64,000 bases of DNA from an uncultured Nitrospinaceae bacterium. Its GTDB lineage: Bacteria; UBA8248. The notes beneath the pieces were generated by a model. The model made no database searches, was not told the origin of the DNA, and saw only the letters and a program-made list of their open reading frames with translations. Shown piece by piece: positions 11,925 through 21,137 of the stretch; within the stretch, counting starts at the first letter, position 1; every line of letters starts with the position of its first letter. The position numbers were made by a program, and so were the translations under genes. Location of the stretch: NCBI GenBank assembly GCA_964005815.1, contig CAXFSR010000036.1, positions 28,433-92,432 on the forward strand. The letters are read 5' to 3'.

Positions 11925-12587
11925 CTATTTTTTTTTGCAAACTTTTTTCAGTTTGCTAATTAAAGAAGAAATACTTTTATTTTTGATTTTCATACTAGCT
12001 CTATTTACAACTAAACGAGCTGTTGAAGAAAAAATCTCTTTGATAGGCATTAATCCATTTGCTTTTAAAGTTTTTCCGGTATCTACTAGATCAACTATTA
12101 TATCTGCAACACCAGTCAAAGGCGCAATCTCAACATTCCCATATAAATGTACGATCCTTGCTTGTATACCTCTTTCGGAAAAAAAACGACTGGCAATTAA
12201 TGGAAATTTCGTTGCAACAGTCAAATCAGTCATACTGGTTATATCTCTCCAACTAAGTTCGTTTGGACCTGCAACCATCAATCTACAAGGTGCAAAACGA
12301 AGATCTAATGGTTCGTATAGAAGTTGCTCTTGTTCCAACAACACATCTTTTCCTATGACTCCTAAATCAGCGATCCCTCTAGCTATATAAGTAGGAACAT
12401 CATAATTCCTGAGAATTAAAACACGAAGACTTGTTTTCTTGTCTTCTCTTATAAGTACCCTTGAAGTATCAGAAATACTTTCAGATAAAAGTCCTGCTGC
12501 TAATAATCTTTCTACCGCTCCTTCAAAAATACGACCCTTTGGAAGAGCTATAGTCAAAATCTCTTTACTTTCTGTTTTTAGATTCAT
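11925..12587 (-). CDS. hisG: ATP phosphoribosyltransferase, short form
   Basis: IALPKGR, DVPTYI, ATKFP, GNVEIAP, DLVDTGKTLKANGL. 220 aa, with no C-terminal regulatory domain. Confidence 0.95.
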   Translation of the reverse strand: MNLKTESKEILTIALPKGRIFEGAVERLLAAGLLSESISDTSRVLIREDKKTSLRVLILRNYDVPTYIARGIADLGVIGKDVLLEQEQLLYEPLDLRFAPCRLMVAGPNELSWRDITSMTDLTVATKFPLIASRFFSERGIQARIVHLYGNVEIAPLTGVADIIVDLVDTGKTLKANGLMPIKEIFSSTARLVVNRASMKIKNKSISSLISKLKKVCKKK

Positions 12588-13843
12588 TAATCAATCCTTT
12601 CAATTTTCGCACCCAAGCTTCTCAGTCCTACTTCCAAAGCTTCATACCCTCTATCTAAGTGAAAAACTGAATCTATAACTGTCTCACCCTTTGCAGCAAG
12701 TCCTGCCAGAACCAAAGAAGCACTAGCCCTTAAGTCAGTAGCATTAACAGGAGCACCATTCAAGTTACTTACGCCTAATATTTTAGCATTCTTACCAGAA
12801 AGAACAATCTTTGCTCCCATTCGATTTAATTCTGGAACATGCATGAATCTATTTTCAAAAATTGTTTCAGTAATTTTTGATTTGCCGTTTGCAATGCACA
12901 TCAAAGACATAAACTGTGCCTGCAAATCTGTAGGGAACCCGGGGAAAGGACTTGTCTCAACATCCAGTGAAGTTAAGACATCTTTACTCTTTATTTGAAT
13001 CCAGTCATTACCAGACTCAATCTCGGCACCTACCAAAGAAAGACTATGAATTACAGCAGATAAATCATTGGGGGAACATCTACAAATTTTAATATTTCCT
13101 TTTGTAATCATACCTGCAATCATCAATGTCCCAACTTCAACTCTATCGGGTGGCACATCAACTTCAAAACCACTTAAAGAATTTACCCCTTCTATCATCA
13201 TTTTTCTCTTATTAGGGAAAACCTTAATTTGAGCACCCATTTTATTTAACAAATTTGACAAAAAAATAACTTCAGGCTCTATAGAAATATTTTTTAACAC
13301 TGTTGTTCCTTTAGCCAAAACAGATGCCATCATTAGATTAGTCGTACCAGTAACAGTAACCATTTCAAAATCGAAGCATACTCCATGTAAACGTTTCGCT
13401 CTTGCGTGTATAACACCATTCTCTAAATTTATTTTTGCTCCCATAGCAACTAAACCTTTTAGGTGTTGATCAATAGGCCTAGCACCTATCGCACATCCCC
13501 CAGGAAGCGGAATAGAGGCATGACCTAATCTAGTCAAAAGAGGTCCCAAAATTAAAATCGAAGCCCTCATTTTACTTGCCAACTCATAAGGTGCTATCTC
13601 AGAACGAATTTTTGAAGGATCTAAGCAAAAAGAATTTTTAGACTTAGCCTCATGTGTAACGCCAAAAACTTGCAAAAGTTCTAACGCAATTTGAATGTCA
13701 GTAAGATCTGGTACTCTTTCCAATTTACATTTTTTTTCGGCCATCAAAGAAAGAAACAGTAAAGGTAAAGCCGCATTTTTAGAACCACTGGCAGCAATCT
13801 CTCCACTTAAAGATCTTCCTCCAGTAATAAGAAATTTTTCCAT
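12587..13843 (-). CDS. murA: UDP-N-acetylglucosamine 1-carboxyvinyltransferase
   Basis: GSKNAALP, LPGGCAIGARP, PGFPTDLQ, ENRFMHV, ATDLRA, HLDRGYE. Confidence 0.98.
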   Translation of the reverse strand: MEKFLITGGRSLSGEIAASGSKNAALPLLFLSLMAEKKCKLERVPDLTDIQIALELLQVFGVTHEAKSKNSFCLDPSKIRSEIAPYELASKMRASILILGPLLTRLGHASIPLPGGCAIGARPIDQHLKGLVAMGAKINLENGVIHARAKRLHGVCFDFEMVTVTGTTNLMMASVLAKGTTVLKNISIEPEVIFLSNLLNKMGAQIKVFPNKRKMMIEGVNSLSGFEVDVPPDRVEVGTLMIAGMITKGNIKICRCSPNDLSAVIHSLSLVGAEIESGNDWIQIKSKDVLTSLDVETSPFPGFPTDLQAQFMSLMCIANGKSKITETIFENRFMHVPELNRMGAKIVLSGKNAKILGVSNLNGAPVNATDLRASASLVLAGLAAKGETVIDSVFHLDRGYEALEVGLRSLGAKIERID

Positions 13844-13845
13844 TT

Positions 13846-14724
13846 TTAGTTTTTTTTAACCTCAACAACTCTTTTTAATCCAGCTAGATCTTTATGAATT
13901 ACAGGGGTTGAATATTTGCCAGAACTGTTAATTTCTCTAATACAAATTTCCGCTTGTTTATGATCAATTTCTAATAGCAAAACACCTTCAGAAAAAAGAT
14001 ATGACGGCGCCTTACTAATAATTTCAGACAGATAAAACATACCATTTTTTCCTCCATCGAGAGCCATGCTAGGGCCATAATTTGCTACCTCAGAATCTAG
14101 ATTGGCAATTTCACAAGTAGGAATATATGGCGGATTAGAAACTATTAAATTAAAAATATTTTTTTCTAGAATACCAGACATCATAAAAGTTTGGAGAACA
14201 GAATAATTTTCCAGCGAAAAACTTGACGCATTTTGCATAGAACAAACTGTGGCTTTTTTGCTAAGATCAGATGCAAAAACTCTAGAGTTTTTTAATTCTT
14301 TAGCTATTGAAACTCCAATTGCACCACTACCAGAACCTATATCTAAAATAACGGGAAACTCGATTCTATCTAAATTTTTTATAGAGAGTTCGACAAGCAA
14401 TTCTGTTTCTGGTCTGGGGATAAAAATATTCTTATCAACAGCAAAATTGATAGACCAGAATTCCTTTTCCCCTAAAATATAAGCCATTGGTTCATGTTTT
14501 TCTCTTCTTCCTACAAGATCTTCTATAGAAGCTATCTCTACAAATGAGATTATCCTTTCTGGAAATGCATAAATACTAGAACGTGGAATTCCTAAAACAA
14601 AAGAAATAATTAACTCGGCATCTAATGAAGGACTGTCTAAACCAGCAATCTGAAATCTTTCTTTAAGAGAAGATAATTCATAACCTAACATCAGCGGACT
14701 AAATTTTTTTTTGTAAGAATTCAA
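13846..14724 (-). CDS. prmC: Release factor glutamine methyltransferase
   Basis: EPMAYILG, IPRPETE, LDIGSGSG, SNPPY; adjacent to prfA. Confidence 0.95.
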   Translation of the reverse strand: MNSYKKKFSPLMLGYELSSLKERFQIAGLDSPSLDAELIISFVLGIPRSSIYAFPERIISFVEIASIEDLVGRREKHEPMAYILGEKEFWSINFAVDKNIFIPRPETELLVELSIKNLDRIEFPVILDIGSGSGAIGVSIAKELKNSRVFASDLSKKATVCSMQNASSFSLENYSVLQTFMMSGILEKNIFNLIVSNPPYIPTCEIANLDSEVANYGPSMALDGGKNGMFYLSEIISKAPSYLFSEGVLLLEIDHKQAEICIREINSSGKYSTPVIHKDLAGLKRVVEVKKN

Positions 14725-14743
14725 TATTCACACTTTATAATGT

Positions 14744-15820
14744 TCAAACATTATTTTCTTCAAAATCTGAAAGGCGTTCGGCTTCATAACTAGAAAGAAT
14801 ACTATCTACCATTTCATCTATTTGACCTTCAATAAAACTCATGACTCCGTGCTTCGTCTGTCCTATACGATGATCTGTTACTCTATCTTGCGGAAAATTA
14901 TAAGTCCTAATTCTCTCACTTCTATCACCTGAACCAACTTGGCTTTTCCTTTGCGATGATCTTTCCGCATTCTGTTTTTGTGTCTCCAAATCAAGCAGAT
15001 GTGCAGATAAAATTTTTAACGCTTTTGCCCGATTCTTATGCTGACTCTTTTCATCCTGACAGGTTACGACTAAACCAGTTTCTATATGAGTTATCCGAAC
15101 TGCAGAATCAGTTGTATTCACGCTCTGACCACCAGGTCCAGAAGACCTGTATACGTCTACCCTTATATCCTTATCTTGTATATTTAATGTTACTTCATCA
15201 GCTTCAGGAAGAACAGCAACTGTAGCTGCAGAAGTGTGAATCCTTCCAGAAGTTTCGGTAACTGGTACACGCTGTACTCTATGAGTCCCACTTTCAAAAC
15301 GTAGACGGCTATACACTCCATTGCCCTTTATTAAGATAACTCCTTCTTTTATACCACCAAGATTATTTTCACTTCTAGAAAGTTCTTCAATAGACCACTT
15401 CTTCAACTCTGCGTATCTTATATACATTCGATATAAATCTCCCGCAAAAAGAGCAGCTTCCAATCCCCCTGTACCAGCTCTTACTTCCAAAATTACATTT
15501 TTCTCATCATTTGGATCTTTTGGTAATAATAATTTCTTCAAAACTAATTCAATCTTTTCAATCTTAGAATTCACTTCTAAAATTTCTTCATTGGCAAGCT
15601 CTTGAATTTCCAAGTCCCCCTCATTTAGTAAAGTTTCAGCTTCTTCTTTTTTATTTCTTAATTTTTCCCAATCATGAAAAGTTCTCACTATTTCAGATAA
15701 TTCTTTGTGTTCTCTAGCGATCTTTTCAAAATTATTCCTATCTCGAGAAACATTTGGATCCACAAGCTGTTTTTCAAGATCATTAAATCTTTCGACAATC
15801 TTTTCAAATTTTTCAAACAT
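14744..15820 (-). CDS. prfA: Peptide chain release factor 1
   Basis: ESGTHRVQRVPVTE (PxT motif), GPGGQ, RSERIRTYNFPQ. Confidence 0.98.
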   Translation of the reverse strand: MFEKFEKIVERFNDLEKQLVDPNVSRDRNNFEKIAREHKELSEIVRTFHDWEKLRNKKEEAETLLNEGDLEIQELANEEILEVNSKIEKIELVLKKLLLPKDPNDEKNVILEVRAGTGGLEAALFAGDLYRMYIRYAELKKWSIEELSRSENNLGGIKEGVILIKGNGVYSRLRFESGTHRVQRVPVTETSGRIHTSAATVAVLPEADEVTLNIQDKDIRVDVYRSSGPGGQSVNTTDSAVRITHIETGLVVTCQDEKSQHKNRAKALKILSAHLLDLETQKQNAERSSQRKSQVGSGDRSERIRTYNFPQDRVTDHRIGQTKHGVMSFIEGQIDEMVDSILSSYEAERLSDFEENNV

Positions 15821-15938
15821 TTTTACTGAGCTCCAAAATAATCAGGAACCTGAAAGGAATTTAAATCAAAAAAATAATGGACAAACGAATTGTTGTGAAA
15901 AAATAATAGATTGCATGAATTAAATTTCAGACAGAAGG

Positions 15939-16319
15939 TTATTTTGTACTTGAAACGTCTTCTTCAGATTTATTTTCTTGGACTGTATCTTGCTGACTAC
16001 TCAAATTCTTTTTTTCTATCTGTTTCGCTTCTCTTTCTTTTTCTTTTTTTGCTTCTTCCATTCGCTTACCAGCAGCAGTCTCTTGTCTTCTTTTTCTCTT
16101 TGAAACTCTTGTACTCTTTCCTTCAAATTTTTTAATAAACTTCTCAACTCTTCCCTCAGAGTCTACTATTCTTGCCTGTTTCCCTGTAAAAAAAGGATGA
16201 CATTCTGAACAGACCTCTACCCTTATTTCCGAAATAGTGGAAGATGTAACAAACTCAACACCGCATCCACTACAAGAAACCTTAGTTTCAAAAACCTCAG
16301 GATGAATATCTGTCTTCAA
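15939..16319 (-). CDS. rpmE: 50S ribosomal protein L31 (Zn-binding type) with charged C-terminal extension
   Basis: [27 protein letters not shown]. Confidence 0.95.
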   Translation of the reverse strand: MKTDIHPEVFETKVSCSGCGVEFVTSSTISEIRVEVCSECHPFFTGKQARIVDSEGRVEKFIKKFEGKSTRVSKRKRRQETAAGKRMEEAKKEKEREAKQIEKKNLSSQQDTVQENKSEEDVSSTK

Positions 16320-16408
16320 GTTTTACTACCTCAAAAAAAATTAAAGAAAATGCTTTATAACGAATATGCACACAATTTGTCTAGCAAATTATTAGTAAAA
16401 ATCAAAAT

Positions 16409-17710
16409 TTAATTATTCATAGATGTAAGAAAATCTTCATTAGTTTTGGTCTCTTGCATCTTTTCAAGAAGCAACTCCATTGAATCAATAACACCAAGTG
16501 GTTGTAAAACTTTTCGTAAAACCCAGACGCGACTAAGTTCAGACTGATTCAACAACAACTCTTCTTTTCTAGTACCTGATTTATTAATATCAACTGCAGG
16601 AAACACTCTCTTATCGGAAAGTTTTCTGTCTAAATGAATCTCCATATTTCCAGTACCCTTAAATTCTTCAAAGATCACATCGTCCATTCTGCTTCCTGTT
16701 TCAACTAAAGCAGTTGCAAGAATTGTAAGACTTCCACCTTCCTCTAAATTTCTTGCAGCTCCAAAGAAACGTTTTGGTCTTTGTAGCGCATTTGAATCGA
16801 CACCACCTGAAAGCACCTTGCCACTTGGAGAAATAATTGTATTATGCGCTCTTGCAAGTCTTGTTATTGAGTCAAGTAGAATCACAACATCTTTCTTATG
16901 CTCGACAAGTCGTTTTGCTTTTTCAATAACCATATCAGCAACCTGCACATGACGCGAAGCTGGCTCATCGAAAGTTGAACTAATAACTTCACCTCTGACA
17001 GATCTTTCCATATCAGTTACTTCCTCAGGCCTTTCATCAATCAGCAAAACCATCAGATGAACATCGGGATAATTGTCTGCTATACTTTTTGCTATTGATT
17101 GCAACATCATAGTTTTACCAGTTCTAGGAGCAGCAACAATCAAACCACGTTGTCCAAAACCTATTGGAGTCATAAGATCCATAATCCGAGAGTTAATAGA
17201 CCCTCCAGGCACTTCAAGAACTGCCCTTCTATCCGGATATAATGGGGTTAAATTGTCAAATAAAATCTTCTGGGTTGCGGATTCTGAGGATTCAAAATTC
17301 ACCTTTTCTACTCTGAGAAGAGCAAAATATCGTTCTCCTTCTTTTGGCTGACGAATCTCTCCAGTTATCGAGTCTCCTGTCCTAAGATCAAAACGACGTA
17401 TTTGACTAGGAGAAACATAAATATCATCAGGTCCTGGGAGATAGTTATATGATGGAGACCGTAGGAATCCAAATCCGTCAGGAAGAATTTCTAAGACTCC
17501 CTCACCTGTTATTTTTCCTCCATCCCTATTCTCTTCAGACTGGGCTTCTAGAATTTTAAATATTAAGTCCTGCTTTCTTAATCCACTTGAACCCTCAACT
17601 CCTAATTCTTTAAGAATTCCGTTCAGTTCTAAAATAGTCTTTTTCTTTAATTGTGCTAAATGGAGGACTCTCTGTTTTTTTGAGGCTGGGTCTTTTGTTA
17701 CTGGTTGCAT
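16409..17710 (-). CDS. rho: Transcription termination factor Rho
   Basis: [54 protein letters not shown]. Confidence 0.98.
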   Translation of the reverse strand: MQPVTKDPASKKQRVLHLAQLKKKTILELNGILKELGVEGSSGLRKQDLIFKILEAQSEENRDGGKITGEGVLEILPDGFGFLRSPSYNYLPGPDDIYVSPSQIRRFDLRTGDSITGEIRQPKEGERYFALLRVEKVNFESSESATQKILFDNLTPLYPDRRAVLEVPGGSINSRIMDLMTPIGFGQRGLIVAAPRTGKTMMLQSIAKSIADNYPDVHLMVLLIDERPEEVTDMERSVRGEVISSTFDEPASRHVQVADMVIEKAKRLVEHKKDVVILLDSITRLARAHNTIISPSGKVLSGGVDSNALQRPKRFFGAARNLEEGGSLTILATALVETGSRMDDVIFEEFKGTGNMEIHLDRKLSDKRVFPAVDINKSGTRKEELLLNQSELSRVWVLRKVLQPLGVIDSMELLLEKMQETKTNEDFLTSMNN

Positions 17711-17832
17711 TAACTATCATCTCCCTTTTAAAAAGTAATCAAACACAAAAGTACCGTCTTATTTAAAAAAAATTATCTAGTCTGAAATTTATACAGAACT
17801 ATCTCCGAAAACAGAGAAAAGAACAATTTGAT

Positions 17833-17916
17833 AAGATTCCGAAACCTTTCTAGAAAGGAAGGATTCTTAGGAAAAAATTTAAAACAAAAAAGATAAGAAG
17901 GAAAAGGACGTAGTGG
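17833..17916 (-). promoter_or_regulatory. rho 5' leader: pyrimidine-rich rut-like tract followed by a hairpin
   Basis: Minus strand 17916-17870 has about 12 C versus 2 G in 47 nt. It is followed by AAGAATCC-TT-CCTTTCTAGAAAGG-TTTC-GGAATCTT (17868-17833). Confidence 0.5.
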
Positions 17917-17958
17917 ACTATTAACTTTATACGTACCCAATACCAACAATATTTTGTG

Positions 17959-17987
17959 AAGCTATCAAAATTAAAATTTGTTGTCAA
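17959..17987 (-). promoter_or_regulatory. Sigma70-type promoter for rho
   Basis: TTGACA, 17-nt spacer, TAGCTT, with a TGn extended -10; just downstream of the coaE stop. Confidence 0.65.
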
Positions 17988-17989
17988 GA

Positions 17990-18607
17990 TTATAATTTAA
18001 CCATAGAAAATATTTTTTTTATAAGAATCAAAATCTGTGACTCTAGAGAATTCAAATCACCTGAATTGTCTATAACCCAATTTGCGTAATTTATTTTTTT
18101 TGACATAGCCATTTGAGAATCCAATCTTGCTTTAATACTATCTTCTGATAGTTCATTTCTCTTCCTAATTCTTTCGTATTGATTTTTTTCACTGCATTTA
18201 ACTACAACTATAAAATCAAAATTCTTATACCCACCAGACTCAATCATTAAGGCAGCTTCTACGACAGCAATCTTAGATTTTCCTTCACTACATATCTTTT
18301 GAAGCCATTTTTTTTGTTCCTCTTGTATTTTAGGGTGCATTATATTGTTTAATTTTTCCCTTTGTTCTGTATTAGAAAAAATAATTTCACCTAATTTTCC
18401 CCTATCAAGATTTCCAGATTTATCTAAAACACTATCACTAAATTCATTTACAATTTCGGATAAAGTTTCAGAACCACTACTCACTAAATCTCGAGAAATT
18501 TGATCAGCATCTAAAACAGGGATTCCTTTTATCCTAAGGATATCTGCAACAGTAGATTTCCCTGAGGCAATTCCACCAGTTAAACCAACTGAAATAAATT
18601 CTGTCAT
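17990..18607 (-). CDS. coaE: Dephospho-CoA kinase
   Basis: GLTGGIASGKS, DADQIS, LDRGKL, MHPKI, RLDSQM, IDNSG. Confidence 0.96.
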   Translation of the reverse strand: MTEFISVGLTGGIASGKSTVADILRIKGIPVLDADQISRDLVSSGSETLSEIVNEFSDSVLDKSGNLDRGKLGEIIFSNTEQREKLNNIMHPKIQEEQKKWLQKICSEGKSKIAVVEAALMIESGGYKNFDFIVVVKCSEKNQYERIRKRNELSEDSIKARLDSQMAMSKKINYANWVIDNSGDLNSLESQILILIKKIFSMVKL

Positions 18608-18640
18608 TAATGAAATTTATTTTTTTTAGAAAAAGAGATT

Positions 18641-18916
18641 TTATAAACCACGACGATTGCTTTCCTGTTCATAGTGTTTCCAATACAATATTTCCCATTC
18701 ACGACTTCCCTCAAGCAAACGACTAGAATAGGAACTTAAAGTTCTTCTTACTTCCTCATCTATCTCATCATCCAACATAAGTTCATTTATAATAGAACGT
18801 TGAACATTAGAGCGGACTTCACCTTCTTCTACTATAAAATCTACATCCGAATTATCTTTAAGATCTTCTATTAAAATATTCGTAATATGATTGATTTTGT
18901 CTCTATTTAAACGCAT
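18641..18916 (-). CDS. DUF507-like small protein
   Basis: MRLNRDKI...DDEIDEEVR pattern; paralogous to the adjacent ORF. Family recalled, not searched. Confidence 0.72.
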   Translation of the reverse strand: MRLNRDKINHITNILIEDLKDNSDVDFIVEEGEVRSNVQRSIINELMLDDEIDEEVRRTLSSYSSRLLEGSREWEILYWKHYEQESNRRGL

Positions 18917-18932
18917 TCAAATACTCCATAAC

Positions 18933-19214
18933 TTACAAAATTAAATTTCGTTCTCTAGCAATTCTCATTTTAACCATGGAGAACATCCGACTATAGTCAA
19001 CGTTACCTTCATCCATTTCATCTTGAAAATCATACAAAATTTCCTTTACTTCTTCATTCAATCGATCTTCTACAAGTAGATCTTCTTCTATCACATTAGA
19101 AATTCTAGTCCTAACTACGTCAATTTTAAGATCCGGCGAAATGAGTTCTTTTTCCAAGAGACGCATAACAATTTTTTCAGAAATTCTATCAATCATTTCT
19201 TTTCTTAAACGCAC
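18933..19214 (-). CDS. DUF507-like small protein
   Basis: MRLRKEMIDRI...EDRLNEEVKEIL...MFSMVKMRIARERNLIL. Family recalled, not searched. Confidence 0.78.
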   Translation of the reverse strand: MRLRKEMIDRISEKIVMRLLEKELISPDLKIDVVRTRISNVIEEDLLVEDRLNEEVKEILYDFQDEMDEGNVDYSRMFSMVKMRIARERNLIL

Positions 19215-19283
19215 GATGACCCTCTATAATAAACGAAAATTGTACTCAAATACGATTAAAGTGTAGCGCATCTTAATCAATAC

Positions 19284-19311
19284 ATTATACCCTAGCTTCA
19301 AATTCTATCAA
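19284..19311 (-). promoter_or_regulatory. Candidate sigma70 promoter for DUF507-DUF507-coaE
   Basis: TTGATA, 16-nt spacer, TATAAT on the minus strand. Confidence 0.5.
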
Positions 19312-19339
19312 AATCTTTTGAATTTAATTTATAATAGGT

Positions 19340-20212
19340 TTAGTGACATCTATCAAAAAGTTCTGAAATCAAGCCTACTCTTTGCAGGTGAGTGCCTATT
19401 CTAATTCCTTTCAGTCTATCACCATGGCAATCTGAACCTCCCATTTTCAATAAAGAATATCGCTCTGCTAACCGTGAGTAATGGATACAATCAGCCTTAC
19501 TTTGAGAGGGATGATCTGTTTCTATTCCTGACAAACCGGCTTCTACAAATTTCGGAATACAATCATCAGATTCTGATAAATTAGGATGAGCCAAGGTAAC
19601 CGCTCCTCCAGACTGAACAATCATTTCTATAGCTTTTTCAGACGAAATACAATCTAACTGAACATAAGCAGGACATCCTTCTCCTATATATTTACTAAAA
19701 ATTTCCTCTAAGCTCTGAACTAACCCTTTTTTCAAGAGATAATAGGAAAGCTGTCCACGAGTGATACTTGCAACCTTCTCATAGGTCCTATTAAAATCAT
19801 CCTTATCCACACGAACATCTAGTTCAATTAATCTATCTATCATCTCAGACATCCTAACTTTTCTAGAAACCACGTATCTTTCAACTAAGGTTCTGATTTG
19901 TTCGGAATCCGGATCAATAAAATGTCCTAAAAAATGAAAAATCTTTCCATTATAATAAGTTGAAACCTCAATCCCATGAATAAGAAGAATATTAGACCTA
20001 ACAGCTTCGTCTTTAGCATCTCTGATCCCTGCTACAGTATCATGGTCTGTAATAGACAATGCTACAATATTATTTTCTTTAGCAAACTTAATGACCTCTT
20101 TAGGTTGAAGCAGACCATCCGATGCATTTGAATGAATATGAAAATCTACTCCTAAAAAATCATCAGAATATCGGTTCAGAGATTCGAGATCACTACCAGA
20201 AAAACTTTTCAA
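19340..20212 (-). CDS. PHP-domain metal-dependent phosphoesterase (TrpH/YciV-like)
   Basis: DFHIHSNASDG, TDHDT, GIEVS, LAHP, GGSDCHG. Confidence 0.9.
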   Translation of the reverse strand: MKSFSGSDLESLNRYSDDFLGVDFHIHSNASDGLLQPKEVIKFAKENNIVALSITDHDTVAGIRDAKDEAVRSNILLIHGIEVSTYYNGKIFHFLGHFIDPDSEQIRTLVERYVVSRKVRMSEMIDRLIELDVRVDKDDFNRTYEKVASITRGQLSYYLLKKGLVQSLEEIFSKYIGEGCPAYVQLDCISSEKAIEMIVQSGGAVTLAHPNLSESDDCIPKFVEAGLSGIETDHPSQSKADCIHYSRLAERYSLLKMGGSDCHGDRLKGIRIGTHLQRVGLISELFDRCH

Positions 20213-20305
20213 AAAAACTCCAAAAAAATAAATAAAATTTTCAAATTAGGCAGTATAAAAATTATACTTAAATTAAGGTAATAGCAGTAATTATGTCACC
20301 TGAAA

Positions 20306-21127
20306 TTATGATACTTTTGTCCAAAAAAGATCATTATATTTTTCATAAACTAACCTTTCTGCACTTTCTATATCTTCATCAAGCATACAACACCTATCAA
20401 AATCAATTTTAAAAATTTCTTGAAATGCTTTTTTTAATTCTTCTGCAACAGATTCAAATTCAAGCTGAACACCTAATATTTCAAAAATACCAAGACTTTT
20501 TTCTTCTGGATAAATCGGACTTTGTTTAAATTGAAATAGATTTGACAATTTTTTTTCTGATGACTTAAAAAGGATATTTCCATGTTGAATTATCACATCT
20601 CCTTCTCTGTATTGCGCACTTCCAGAGATTTTATAACCTTGACATAAAATTTCTCTAACCGAATAAGTGGCAAAACACGATGGATTCGAAGCGTACACTC
20701 TCTTTTCGGGCAAAACAAAATCTGACTCAACACCAAGTTTATCTAACGCAATCTTCAAAGCAAAACTTATTTTCTCATAAGTATCTGAAATTTTTTTTCC
20801 TAAAAGATTAGAAGTACCAATAATCGAATATGTCAATTCACAATCATGAAGAACTGCTCTTCCACCAGTCATCCTTCTACAAACATCAACTCCTTCAGAC
20901 AATGATTTTTCTAAATCAAAATCTGTTCTAACATTTTGAAATCTACCAACTGAAATAGTTGGTTTACTCCATCCATATACTCTTAAAAAAATAGGTACAG
21001 GAGTGTGTTTTTCTTTTCTGAGTAAAAAACGCTCTTTGCACTTCTGAAACAATGCTTCATCTATAGCCATATTCCAAGCACCAATTTGGAATCCAGTATT
21101 TAAAAAATGAGCTGACAAACAAACCAA
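20306..21127 (-). CDS. Lipoate-protein ligase A/LipM-like octanoyltransferase
   Basis: NMAIDEAL, RRMTGGRAVLH, KISGSAQ, QHG; directly after gcvP. Confidence 0.88.
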   Translation of the reverse strand: MVCLSAHFLNTGFQIGAWNMAIDEALFQKCKERFLLRKEKHTPVPIFLRVYGWSKPTISVGRFQNVRTDFDLEKSLSEGVDVCRRMTGGRAVLHDCELTYSIIGTSNLLGKKISDTYEKISFALKIALDKLGVESDFVLPEKRVYASNPSCFATYSVREILCQGYKISGSAQYREGDVIIQHGNILFKSSEKKLSNLFQFKQSPIYPEEKSLGIFEILGVQLEFESVAEELKKAFQEIFKIDFDRCCMLDEDIESAERLVYEKYNDLFWTKVS

Positions 21128-21137
21128 TTACCTATCC

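Noticed and set aside
20252-20268. Inverted repeat AGTATAA-AAA-TTATACT upstream of the PHP gene
   Set aside because: Almost all A/T, a single occurrence, and likely by chance at this composition.
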